Positions 28,831 to 38,389 of a DNA stretch of 57,239 nucleotides are shown in pieces. The notes beneath the pieces were generated by a model that saw only the letters and a program-made list of their open reading frames with translations, did no database searches and was not told where the DNA came from. Source of the DNA: Candidatus Zixiibacteriota bacterium (GTDB lineage Bacteria; Zixibacteria; MSB-5A5; GN15; JAAZOE01); contig JBDREQ010000053.1 in the NCBI GenBank assembly GCA_043819555.1, forward strand, positions 1-57,239, in the 5' to 3' direction. A program made the translations under genes and the position numbers. Position 1 is the stretch's first letter. Each line of letters opens with the position of its first letter.

Positions 28831-29433
28831 ATGGATTTCAAGGACCCCAAGGTTCAAAAAATAGCATTGGTTTGCGTTGTCTTTTTTATTCTTATCTATT
28901 TCTGGTACTCAAGGGTTTATACGCCCCAAACCAGTCAGATTGAATCCAAACAACGCGAATACCAAACAATGATTACCAATCTGCGCAATGTTGAGATGAA
29001 ATCAAAATCTCTTGAAGCATTGCAGGCCGAATATGAATCATTGTTATCAAAATATCGGGATATCGAGCAACTCTTGCCGGAAGTCAAAATGGTGCCGTCA
29101 TTTTTGGTTCAATTGCATACGGCGTCGTCTCTGACGGGAACCAAGATTACCTCGATCGAGCCGCAGGAAACTCAATCCGAGTCCTTTTATAATGTGGCCA
29201 GTTATGATATTGAGCTTGAAGGAGGATTTCATGAATTTGGCAAATTTATAAGTTATATCGCCAACTTCCCCTTTATCGTCAATGTCAGTAATGTCAAACT
29301 GGAAGCGACCACGGCTGCCAACCTTGGTGCCGAATCGGATAAGGATAATGAAGAGGTCACCATGAAGGCTTTCTTTACGCTGTCTACATATTATGTCAAG
29401 GCTGAAGAAAGACTCAAAGAGCTTGAATTATAA
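28831..29433 (+). CDS. pilO: Type IV pilus assembly protein PilO
   Basis: TM plus coiled coil, QLLPEVKMVPSFL, GGFHEFGKFISYIANFPFIVNV. Confidence 0.9.
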   Translation: MDFKDPKVQKIALVCVVFFILIYFWYSRVYTPQTSQIESKQREYQTMITNLRNVEMKSKSLEALQAEYESLLSKYRDIEQLLPEVKMVPSFLVQLHTASSLTGTKITSIEPQETQSESFYNVASYDIELEGGFHEFGKFISYIANFPFIVNVSNVKLEATTAANLGAESDKDNEEVTMKAFFTLSTYYVKAEERLKELEL

Positions 29434-29449
29434 ACGGAGAAAATCGACC

Positions 29450-31375
29450 ATGTCGAGTACATACAAAATCTCAGTATTGGCGTTGTTAATCGTAATAGTA
29501 TTTGCAGCCAGTATTTTTGCCGCACCGGCAAAAGTCGGCCGCTTGGGGTTATCCAAAGAAGCTAACTTTACGATTCTTACGATTGAAGCAGATAAACAGA
29601 TGCAGGTCGCTCATGAATCGGTTGAAGCCAAAGAAGGCAAACCGTTCAGAATTGTTATCGACTGTTTGGCGGCTCGGCATTCATTGCCCGATAAGTCGTA
29701 TCAGGATTTACCGACTTCGATAATTACTTCGATTCGCACCTCCCAATACGCGGTCGATCCCGAAGAAGTAGTTAGAATTGTTCTCGACCTGAAAGCCGAA
29801 TCCGTCTACCGGGTAGAATCAAAAGATAATACTGTTAGAATCTTGGTTTCCGACGCAGGGAATAAAGTGTTCAGCCAATGGTCAACGCCGCGTGCTACAG
29901 GATTCGCCGCGAAAATTGTCCCAAAAGCGGAAACGCCTGCTCTCGATAAAAATGTTAAGAAAACGGATACCAAAGCTAATTCGACCGATACGCCAAAGAT
30001 ACAATTAGTTCAGGGAAACAAGTCGATAGAATCAAAAAAGCAACAACTCACTCAAACAGAATCTAAGAATAAAAATAATTCGCAAATGAATGATTCACCC
30101 ATAGATAAAAAGCCGATTCCGTTACAGGAAAGGCTCGCTCTCGCCAAAGTAGATGAAACCAAGGGCATCAATAATAGTCCTGTAATTAATAATACTGAAT
30201 CAAAGCCGATGGCAAATGAATCCAAAAAAATGGCGGAAAAACCGAAACAGGCTAATGTTACAACATCAAAACTGACCGTAGTTTCACCTCAACCCCAGAA
30301 AGAAGCCGAAGTCCAAAAGAAATCGATTAAAACGGCCGAGATTAATACAACCATTAAAAATTCTAAGCCAAATATAAATGAACTAAAAAATGATTCGGTT
30401 AATCGGGCTTTGACATTTGCGGCAGCTCCTCAGAAAAAAGAAGTTCCGACTCCAGGCGATGCCCCGAAACCAAAAGAATCGGATAATAAAGACGTTCATA
30501 AGAATGCGGACGAAAAATCAAAGGCTCATGAAAAACAGACTGAAGTTGCGGCCACAAAGTCGGCAACATCTATGACTGTTGAGACTCCAAAGGTAACAGT
30601 AGTCCAGCAACCCCAGAAAACCGAGAAGCCCAAAGTGACCATCGCCGAGCAAAAACCGACCGAAGTTAAGCCAATGGTTACCGTGGCTCAAAAGGCCCAG
30701 AAAACCGAGAATCCCAAAGTGACCGTCGCCGAGCAAAAACCGACTGAAGTTAAGCCAAAAGTTGCCGTGGCGCAAAAACCCCAGGAAGTCGAAAAGCCCA
30801 AATTGACTGTCGCACAAGAAAAACAGATTGCCAATGATGCAAAGGCAAATCCGGCCCAGATCACGCAGGCCAAAAAGAATACTATATTGGCATCGCTGGA
30901 GCCTGAGAAACCAGCAACATCTACAAATGAATCTAAAGTTGAAAAGCAATCAGATAAAGAAGTAGAAAAGAAAGATCGTTCTCGTTTCCGCCGGGAATCA
31001 GCCAGGTCCGCAAAATACAAGCAGACCCAGGTCGTTCAATTTCCGCAAAGAATGGTAATCAAATATAATGGTTCTTCCACGCGCGACCCATTTGAAACTT
31101 TGATAGATGTTACCAAAAAGAATTTGGGCCCGGCTGATTTATCCAAAATTCCAAATATTGAAACTCTGAATTTGGTCGGAATAATCGAAGCGGCTCCGGG
31201 CGGCAAGGATGCCGCATTACTCGAAGATCTGGATGGTATCGGATATATCCTGAAAACAGGGGATAGGATTAAGAATGGATATGTGGGTCGAATTGACAAA
31301 CGAGCGGTTTATTTTCAGCTAAATGAATACGGCTGGAACCGAACCGTTACCAAACAATTGGAAAAAGAAAAATAA
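29450..31375 (+). CDS. AMIN-domain protein with long low-complexity linker and C-terminal PilP-like domain
   Basis: Signal peptide from ATG 29450 (GGAG SD); AMIN-like PFRIVID..IRTSQY..VVRIVLDL; C-terminal RDPF..LNLVGII..ALLED..GYILKTGDRIKNGYV in the pilP position. Confidence 0.75.
   Translation: MSSTYKISVLALLIVIVFAASIFAAPAKVGRLGLSKEANFTILTIEADKQMQVAHESVEAKEGKPFRIVIDCLAARHSLPDKSYQDLPTSIITSIRTSQYAVDPEEVVRIVLDLKAESVYRVESKDNTVRILVSDAGNKVFSQWSTPRATGFAAKIVPKAETPALDKNVKKTDTKANSTDTPKIQLVQGNKSIESKKQQLTQTESKNKNNSQMNDSPIDKKPIPLQERLALAKVDETKGINNSPVINNTESKPMANESKKMAEKPKQANVTTSKLTVVSPQPQKEAEVQKKSIKTAEINTTIKNSKPNINELKNDSVNRALTFAAAPQKKEVPTPGDAPKPKESDNKDVHKNADEKSKAHEKQTEVAATKSATSMTVETPKVTVVQQPQKTEKPKVTIAEQKPTEVKPMVTVAQKAQKTENPKVTVAEQKPTEVKPKVAVAQKPQEVEKPKLTVAQEKQIANDAKANPAQITQAKKNTILASLEPEKPATSTNESKVEKQSDKEVEKKDRSRFRRESARSAKYKQTQVVQFPQRMVIKYNGSSTRDPFETLIDVTKKNLGPADLSKIPNIETLNLVGIIEAAPGGKDAALLEDLDGIGYILKTGDRIKNGYVGRIDKRAVYFQLNEYGWNRTVTKQLEKEK
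30587..30820 (+). repeat. About six intragenic 14-aa (42 bp) repeats PKVTVAxQKPxxxK, alternating two variants
   Basis: PKVTVVQQPQKTEK / PKVTIAEQKPTEVK / PMVTVAQKAQKTEN / PKVTVAEQKPTEVK / PKVAVAQKPQEVEK / PKLTVAQEK. Confidence 0.85.
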
Positions 31376-31395
31376 TTATAGAGTGAGGTACTCCG

Positions 31396-32748
31396 ATGTG
31401 TAAAACCGGAAAAATTATACAGGTACTTTTTGGAATCATGATATTCATGACTTTTATGGTATCTATTTCCCTGGGACAATCCGGTGATGCGACCGAACCC
31501 ATAAAAACGCTTAATTATCAAGCAGCCGAGATTCGTTCGGTAATCCGCCATTTAGCGGATTACGGCAATATTAATGTCGTTGTGGCGCCTTCTGTATCTG
31601 GCAATGTTACTATAGCTTTGAAAGATGTAACGTGGCAGAATGCTCTCGAAATAATTGGCCGCACTTACGATTTGGCCATTGTTTTTGAGGAAGAAGAAGG
31701 TTACATAAGGGTTTTGCCGGCGGTCGATTACCGCAAGGAAGTCACCGAGGAAAAACAGCATGTCGTCGATCAGCGAAAACTTTCCGAACTGGAAACTCGA
31801 ATTCTTCGCATTAACAACTCAACATCGGAAAGCATAAAAGACGCCGTTCAGTCATTATTGACAGACAGAGGCAAGGCCACCGCCGATCCGCGCACTAATT
31901 CGATTATTCTTCAGGAGATTCCTGAAAATATCAATCGTGTGATTGAATATGTAAGTACTCTTGATCAACCTCCGCGGCAAATACGCATTTCGGCTCAGAT
32001 GCTGGAAATCAGTTCTCGTGAATTGACAGAATTTGGCATCGATTGGACTATGAATGGCGCCGGTGGTGATTTCACGACCGCCCCATCCGCGGATAATATG
32101 ATTCTTGATGGCGCCGCCGCGGGCGATGCCGTCGCCGAAGCCCGCCACCGGACATCACAAACATTGAATGATGTTGCAAGGCCGTCCGGTCAGTTCTGGA
32201 CAAGGATCATACAAGATGATTGGGATCTGGAAGCTGCTGTGTCTGCCCTGGTTTCAGAAGGTCGTGGAAAGATCATCGCTCATCCGGAAATCACGACAAT
32301 CGACAATCAAGAAGCCAATATCCAGATGGGTCAAAAAGTCCCGATTAAGCAGTTCGATCAAAATGGAAACACCGTAATCAGTTTTGAAGAAGTTGGAACA
32401 ATATTGACTGTAACGCCTCATATTACATCGAATGACAAAATCCTGATGCATATGACCCCGGAACGATCGACTTATGAGTTTGATCCCAACGGTGTTATTA
32501 TTAATACCAGTAATGCCGAAACCAACGTCGTTGTCCAAAATGGCCAGACGGCGGTTATTGGCGGTTTGACAACGCAGGATGAAGTAGAGACAGAGGTAGG
32601 AATTCCAATTCTGAAAGACATTCCCTTATTGGGTGCGCTGTTCAGCTATAATAAGAAAGAAATTATTAACCGCGATCTGGTTATTTTTGTGACCCCGACA
32701 ATAGTAGAAGACTTCGCCGCGGTTAGTAATGAAATAGATGTTCCGTAA
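31396..32748 (+). CDS. pilQ: Type IV pilus secretin PilQ (short, no AMIN domains)
   Basis: LKDVTWQNAL, DPRTNSII, QIRISAQMLE, PEITTIDNQEANI, IPILKDIPLLGALF, LVIFVTPTI. Confidence 0.9.
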   Translation: MCKTGKIIQVLFGIMIFMTFMVSISLGQSGDATEPIKTLNYQAAEIRSVIRHLADYGNINVVVAPSVSGNVTIALKDVTWQNALEIIGRTYDLAIVFEEEEGYIRVLPAVDYRKEVTEEKQHVVDQRKLSELETRILRINNSTSESIKDAVQSLLTDRGKATADPRTNSIILQEIPENINRVIEYVSTLDQPPRQIRISAQMLEISSRELTEFGIDWTMNGAGGDFTTAPSADNMILDGAAAGDAVAEARHRTSQTLNDVARPSGQFWTRIIQDDWDLEAAVSALVSEGRGKIIAHPEITTIDNQEANIQMGQKVPIKQFDQNGNTVISFEEVGTILTVTPHITSNDKILMHMTPERSTYEFDPNGVIINTSNAETNVVVQNGQTAVIGGLTTQDEVETEVGIPILKDIPLLGALFSYNKKEIINRDLVIFVTPTIVEDFAAVSNEIDVP

Positions 32749-32762
32749 AGGAAAGAAGTTTT

Positions 32763-32791
32763 ACCCCCGGATTTATAAATCCGGGGGTTTT
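32763..32791 (+). terminator. Hairpin/terminator between pilQ and the Ig-like lipoprotein gene
   Basis: ACCCCCGGATTT-AT-AAATCCGGGGGT-TTT. Confidence 0.75.
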
Positions 32792-32845
32792 GCGATGAAC
32801 ACTTTCGAATTGTAAAATATGAATCACAAATTAGAGGGAGGCGAC

Positions 32846-34957
32846 ATGTCTCTGCGGTCATTATTCAATAACTCGCTCCTTTTGGCAATAAGCGCTTTAA
32901 TACTGGCGTTATTTATATTTCAGGGATGCGAAACCAATAAACAACCTTCCACTTCCTCAAACGGAACGGGAACGACAGAAGTCAACCTGAGTCAGCCTAC
33001 GGCCAATCCGGCCGCTTTTGAAGAAGGTACAACTTCAATCGTTGAGGTCACTGTTACCGATGAAAACGGCGACCCAATCGAAGGTATTGAAATAGCTTTT
33101 GGAGTAACACCTGTTACCGGAGGTAATTTTAATCCTCCCTCGGCGACTACCAATGCGTTAGGAATTGCGGCCGCGATATTTACACCGGCCGAATCCGGTT
33201 CGATGCAAATTTATGGGGCGTACGGTACTTCATCTTCACCCTATGCCAATCTGATTGTGTCCTCTGGTACTCAGACCTCGAGCGGAAACCTCACCATGTC
33301 TATGTCTCCGTCTCTGCTGACAGCTGATGGAATTTCGACCGCTATGATCGTCATCCAGGTTACCGATGCCGCCGCCAACGCGGCTCCCGATTCGACCGTG
33401 GTAAAACTAACCGCCGGTGAAAAATTCGATGACGTTGATGGCAATGGATATTGGGGTCTTGGCGATTCATTGATGTTCGATTATAACGCCAATGAAACCT
33501 GGGATGCGGTGGGAGTTATCCCGGCCGTAGCCTATACAATAGATGGTGCAATAATGGTAACTTATACAGCCGGAACTGAAGCAACAACCGCATTTATTAA
33601 AGCGACTGTATCAGGTACTGGAGCCTTTGATGGTTCAGTCGAATCATCAATTCAATTGACTCCGAATGCCACCGTTCATGCCATTGAAATCTCAACCGAT
33701 GTGACCGGCATCCAGGTACGTCATACCGGCGGCCTAGAGATGACCAATCTTGAGGCAATCTGCTATGACGCCAACGGCAATACCGTACCCGAAGGCATCC
33801 CGGTTCAGTTTACCATAGCTGATGGCCCGGGCGGAGGGGAAAATATTAATGGTCTTGGCGCCGGACCGGTCACAATGACAACCAATTCTCAAGGTATTGC
33901 GGTTGCGCAGGTATGGTCCGGAACGATTTCAGGAACCTTGAGATTATATGCCAGCTCCGGAACAGTCCTTTCCAGTGCGACATTTGTCGCAGTTTACGCA
34001 GGACCCCCATACTATATGGCCGTAGGTTCTGACTTTTGCAATATAGATGGCTGGAATACGGTCAATCGCGAGCAATATATCGACGCCGCTGTATCCGATA
34101 TATATCATAATCCGGTTCAGGATTCAGTCGTCGTATATTTCACTGTCGATGAAGGCATTATTGATGCCTACAATATCACCCAGGATTCAACAGGTGTAAC
34201 GCAAGTTATTTTCCGTACCGGTGAACCGCAGGTTGACGGTATAGTCTGGGTATGGGCAGAAACTTCAGGTGGAACAGTCGTTTGCTCCACATATTTTATA
34301 AATAGTTTCATCCCCTCAAATTTGTATGCATCCATGTCGCCTCAATCAATTCCTGCCAGCATCTATGGAAATGCCACTGTTTGGGTTGATGTCCGCGATC
34401 TTAATAATAATTTCGTTGTGGATGAATCCATTGTCAAAGCCAAAGCGCTTTATGGTTCAATTTCAGACGGAGTAACAAATGATGGTTGTAATGCCTCCAT
34501 ATTTGAGGGAGAATACTCTGGTAATAAACTGCGTCAGGATTATTCACTGACTGGAGCCGATGATGATGGTATCGGAGCCATTGATTTATTGACCTTCCGG
34601 TCAGCTTTCTCTTCCACATCCATTGTTTGTACGTTGACTACAGGTTACACTTTCTATGAAGAATCCAGTGTATCGCTCGATGCCACAACGGTACCATATG
34701 GCTCAACTGGCAATATTATTCGCGTTCTCATTGCTGATCGAGACGGAAATCCTCTTGGCGATCATACTCTCACCGGGGCGATATCAGCGGGGACAATGAC
34801 AGTCACAACCGATGAAACAGATACCTATGGTGAATCATTCGGATTGAGGTTTAGCGCCCCGGCCGATAGTACTGGTGGAACTTCAGCAGTCATTGTTATA
34901 ACTGACACCGATGCCAGAGGCGGTATTAGCCTTTCGACTTCTGTAACATTTGAGTAA
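32846..34957 (+). CDS. Lipoprotein with tandem Ig-like (Big_1/invasin-like) domains
   Basis: Lipobox FQGC; repeated V.D..GNP..G..V.F and TTN..G.A motifs; DVDGNG/DYNANETWD Ca-binding-like loops. Confidence 0.75.
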   Translation: MSLRSLFNNSLLLAISALILALFIFQGCETNKQPSTSSNGTGTTEVNLSQPTANPAAFEEGTTSIVEVTVTDENGDPIEGIEIAFGVTPVTGGNFNPPSATTNALGIAAAIFTPAESGSMQIYGAYGTSSSPYANLIVSSGTQTSSGNLTMSMSPSLLTADGISTAMIVIQVTDAAANAAPDSTVVKLTAGEKFDDVDGNGYWGLGDSLMFDYNANETWDAVGVIPAVAYTIDGAIMVTYTAGTEATTAFIKATVSGTGAFDGSVESSIQLTPNATVHAIEISTDVTGIQVRHTGGLEMTNLEAICYDANGNTVPEGIPVQFTIADGPGGGENINGLGAGPVTMTTNSQGIAVAQVWSGTISGTLRLYASSGTVLSSATFVAVYAGPPYYMAVGSDFCNIDGWNTVNREQYIDAAVSDIYHNPVQDSVVVYFTVDEGIIDAYNITQDSTGVTQVIFRTGEPQVDGIVWVWAETSGGTVVCSTYFINSFIPSNLYASMSPQSIPASIYGNATVWVDVRDLNNNFVVDESIVKAKALYGSISDGVTNDGCNASIFEGEYSGNKLRQDYSLTGADDDGIGAIDLLTFRSAFSSTSIVCTLTTGYTFYEESSVSLDATTVPYGSTGNIIRVLIADRDGNPLGDHTLTGAISAGTMTVTTDETDTYGESFGLRFSAPADSTGGTSAVIVITDTDARGGISLSTSVTFE

Positions 34958-34978
34958 TAGCCAAATATCTGCGATTTT

Positions 34979-35009
34979 ACGCCGGATGAGCAATCATCCG
35001 GCGTTTTTT
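34979..35009 (+). terminator. Intrinsic terminator
   Basis: ACGCCGGATGA-GCAA-TCATCCGGCGT-TTTTT. Confidence 0.88.
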
Positions 35010-35102
35010 AATGCCCAAATTTTCAGATAAAATGCTTTCGCTCGACTGTTGCCTTCATTATATTTCTTTATCTGAATTTTTATTGCATATGAGTCTAATA
35101 TA

Positions 35103-36737
35103 ATGAATGATTTGCATCCAAATATAGCCGCCAGGTTTTTTGCGGCGGTTGATAAATATGGCGATAAACCTGCGGTTGGAATGGCGGGGGAAGACGCCTA
35201 TCTGACCTATTCGCAATTGGGCGCTAAAGTTCGCGAATGCGCCGCCTTTCTGGGGCAACTCAAACCTCTCGAACCGATCGGATTATTATCCGAGAATCGG
35301 CTTGAATGGGGGAAAGTCTATTTCGCGATCCTCGCTGCTGGAGGAAAAGTAGTCCCCGTCGATTCACTCCTCAAAGAAAGCGAATTAACCCAAGTTTTTT
35401 CCGAATCCGGAATGACGCGGTTATTCGTCTCTCACAAATATTATGAAATCGCTGAACGGGTTGCCTCCAAAATTGAAAATCCGCCCCAATTAATAGACCT
35501 TGAAACCATTCCGGCAAATAATACGGATTATGAACCGACATATTCTAATAAAGGCGACGATCCTGCCGTTTTGATTTTCACTTCGGGCACTACCGGAAAA
35601 TCTAAAAAAGTTATCCTGACCCACTATAATATGTTGAGTGATATTGAGGGAATCCTGAAGCGCCTTGATTTTACGCCCGAGGATAAGTTCCTTTCGGTTC
35701 TTCCCCTGCACCACACTTTTGAAGCCACCTGCGGTCTTCTTACTCCGCTTCTAAACGGCTGTTCCGTCTATTACGTGAAAGAAATAAACTCGCGGGAAAT
35801 CCTCGGCGGCATAAAGAAGCACAAAACGACTATTTTCATTGGCGTCCCGCTCCTTTTTGAAAAACTCTATCAAGGTATTCTGAGTGGTATAAAAAAGGCT
35901 CCATTCACAAAACGCGTTTTATTTAATCTTCTTATGAGTACGGCCAAAACGCTTTATTCCCTGACCGGTAAAAACGCCGGTAAAAAGCTGTTCCTTGGGC
36001 TCAGACAAAAGGCCGAACTGAACAGCCTGCGTTTGATGGTTTCCGGGAGCGCGCCAATCTCGATTGATATTATAAAAGGTTTCTATCTGCTTGGATTCAA
36101 TTTTATTGAAGGCTATGGTATGACGGAAACTTCGCCGGTTTTATCGGCGAATCCTCTGGATAAGCCCAAATTCGGTTCGGTGGGACCGGTACTTGATAAT
36201 GTTGAAGTCAAGATTGACTCTCCCAACGAAAATGGCGTCGGCGAAATAGTCGTTAAAGGCCCTATGGCGACTCCGGGGTATGAAGACAATCCCGATGCGA
36301 CCGCCGAACTCTGGAAAGATGGCTGGCTGCATACCGGCGACCTGGGATATCTCGACACGGATAATTATTTATTTATTTGCGGCCGTGCCAAAAACTTGAT
36401 TGTATCGGCGGCCGGGAAAAATATCTATCCCGAAGAAATCGAGGCGCATTTGATGCAATCGGAATATATTCAGGAACTCGTCGTTTTCGGCAAGCAATCT
36501 GATACCAGCCGGGAAGAGGTCGCCGCTTTGGTTTTTCCCAATTACGAACTACTTGAATCGGAGCTGGGTAAAATGCCAAATGAAATGACCGACGATGATT
36601 TGAAGAATACCGTCGGTGGTGACATTCGGCGCCTATGTTCCGACCTGGCCGATTTCAAACGCGTCAAACACGTTGAATTTACTCGCGAGGAGCTGGCGAA
36701 GACTTCCACAAAAAAAATCAAAAGGTACGTTTACTGA
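35103..36737 (+). CDS. AMP-binding enzyme, long-chain fatty acid-CoA ligase-like
   Basis: IFTSGTTGKSK, LPLHH, EGYGMTETSP, GWLHTGDLG, GKNIYPEEIE. Confidence 0.92.
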   Translation: MNDLHPNIAARFFAAVDKYGDKPAVGMAGEDAYLTYSQLGAKVRECAAFLGQLKPLEPIGLLSENRLEWGKVYFAILAAGGKVVPVDSLLKESELTQVFSESGMTRLFVSHKYYEIAERVASKIENPPQLIDLETIPANNTDYEPTYSNKGDDPAVLIFTSGTTGKSKKVILTHYNMLSDIEGILKRLDFTPEDKFLSVLPLHHTFEATCGLLTPLLNGCSVYYVKEINSREILGGIKKHKTTIFIGVPLLFEKLYQGILSGIKKAPFTKRVLFNLLMSTAKTLYSLTGKNAGKKLFLGLRQKAELNSLRLMVSGSAPISIDIIKGFYLLGFNFIEGYGMTETSPVLSANPLDKPKFGSVGPVLDNVEVKIDSPNENGVGEIVVKGPMATPGYEDNPDATAELWKDGWLHTGDLGYLDTDNYLFICGRAKNLIVSAAGKNIYPEEIEAHLMQSEYIQELVVFGKQSDTSREEVAALVFPNYELLESELGKMPNEMTDDDLKNTVGGDIRRLCSDLADFKRVKHVEFTREELAKTSTKKIKRYVY

Positions 36738-36739
36738 TT

Positions 36740-37156
36740 ATGGTTGTTTCCAAAACAATTCATCTTTCTTCCAAGGGGTACTGTGATATTCATGATATCA
36801 CCTCCGAAGTAACCGACTGCGTCCAATCAAGCGGAGTATCGAGGGGCACCGTGACGGTCTTCGTTCCAGGAGCGACGGGAGGTCTGACAACGATTGAATT
36901 CGAACCGGGACTCCGCGCTGATTTTCCCGAACTGATGGAAGAACTGATTCCCTCGAATAAAACCTATAAACATGATCAGACCTGGGGTGACGGCAATGGC
37001 TTTTCGCATTTGCGGGCGGCTATGATCGGTCCGGATATCACCATCCCATTTGTCTCGAGCAAACTGACATTGGGAACCTGGCAGCAGATCGTTTTCCTTG
37101 ATTTTGATAACCGCAGCCGCGACCGCGAACTGGTCGTGCAGATTGTTGGAGACTGA
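36740..37156 (+). CDS. YjbQ/UPF0047 family protein
   Basis: HDQTWGDGNGFSHLRA, LGTWQQIVFLDFD. Confidence 0.9.
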   Translation: MVVSKTIHLSSKGYCDIHDITSEVTDCVQSSGVSRGTVTVFVPGATGGLTTIEFEPGLRADFPELMEELIPSNKTYKHDQTWGDGNGFSHLRAAMIGPDITIPFVSSKLTLGTWQQIVFLDFDNRSRDRELVVQIVGD

Positions 37157-37157
37157 C

Positions 37158-38171
37158 ATGAAATTTGAGACTATCGCCGTTAAAGATAAAAAACTGATTC
37201 TGCTCGACCAAACCGTTCTACCCGGAAAATTGGTTTACAACGAATACACCGATTACCGCGAAGTTATTGCCGCAATCAAACGCCTCGAAGTTCGTGGCGC
37301 TCCCGCGATTGGTATCGCTGCGGCATATGCGTTGGCGATGGCGGCCGAAGCCGACGTTGACATAGCGCTCGACCATTTGCGCCAGCTTATGATCGCTATT
37401 GGCAAAGAGATCAAAGACGCCCGTCCCACGGCGGTAAATCTGGCCTGGGCGATTGACCGCTGTCTTGACGCCGTTTCCAAATACGATGACGTCTCGATCG
37501 ATGAATACCGGAAACTCCTTTGGGCCGAAGGCGAGTCCATTCACGCCGAAGATAAAAAAATGTGCGATGCCATAGGGCGCTATGGCGCGGAACTTCTAAA
37601 AGACGGCATGACCGTCCTGACCCACTGCAACGCAGGCGCGCTGGCCACCGGTGGAATCGGAACCGCATTGGCCGTGTTTTATAAGGCCAAAGAGACGGGT
37701 AAAAATATAAAAGTCCTCGCCGATGAAACTCGGCCGCTTCTTCAGGGCGCCCGGCTCACCTGCTGGGAGCTTATGCAGGAAGATATTGATGTAACGCTTC
37801 TGACCGATAACATGGCCGGGTATGCGATGGCTCAAGGTAAAATCGATGCTGTCATTACCGGCGCGGATCGAATTACCAAAAACGGCGACGTTGCCAACAA
37901 AATCGGTACTTACTCAGTCGCCATCCTCGCCAGAGAACATGGCATTCCGTTTTATGTCGCCGCACCCGATTCAACCTTTGATAAAATACTTGAATCCGGT
38001 AAAGACATCATTGTTGAGGAACGTTCTCCCAAAGAAGTCACCGAAGGATTTGGCAAACGCACTGCCCCCGAAGGCGTCAAGGTCTATTCACCCGCTTTTG
38101 ATATAACTCCCAATGAACTTATAACCGCCTACATCACCGACACCGGAGTTAAACCAGGGGGGAGGGAGTAA
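37158..38171 (+). CDS. mtnA: S-methyl-5-thioribose-1-phosphate isomerase
   Basis: LLDQTVLP, VRGAPAIG, RPTAVNL, LTHCNAGALAT, ETRPLLQGARLT, NKIGTY; ATG 37158 after GGAG. Confidence 0.95.
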   Translation: MKFETIAVKDKKLILLDQTVLPGKLVYNEYTDYREVIAAIKRLEVRGAPAIGIAAAYALAMAAEADVDIALDHLRQLMIAIGKEIKDARPTAVNLAWAIDRCLDAVSKYDDVSIDEYRKLLWAEGESIHAEDKKMCDAIGRYGAELLKDGMTVLTHCNAGALATGGIGTALAVFYKAKETGKNIKVLADETRPLLQGARLTCWELMQEDIDVTLLTDNMAGYAMAQGKIDAVITGADRITKNGDVANKIGTYSVAILAREHGIPFYVAAPDSTFDKILESGKDIIVEERSPKEVTEGFGKRTAPEGVKVYSPAFDITPNELITAYITDTGVKPGGRE

Positions 38172-38191
38172 TAGGCAACGATGCGTAATTT

Positions 38192-38288
38192 TGTCATACC
38201 CGCGCAGGCGGGTATCCAGAAAAATCAATCGTTGTCTGGATTCCCGATTCGCTTCGCCCCATTCGAGGCTACACTCTCGGGAATGACA
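38192..38288. repeat. Miniature palindromic REP/RPE-like element
   Basis: TGTCATACCCGCGCAGGCGGGTATCCAG ... CTGGATTCCCGA...TCGGGAATGACA: inverted pair of GTCAT(T/A)CCCG units with nested hairpins. Confidence 0.75.
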
Positions 38289-38389
38289 CAATTATAAGCC
38301 TGGTTTCGGCTATCATGCAGCGCTACTGCCTATTGTAGGGATAGAGCCTAAGGGGCTCCAGCCACTAAATCATTAAAGTTATCCACATT

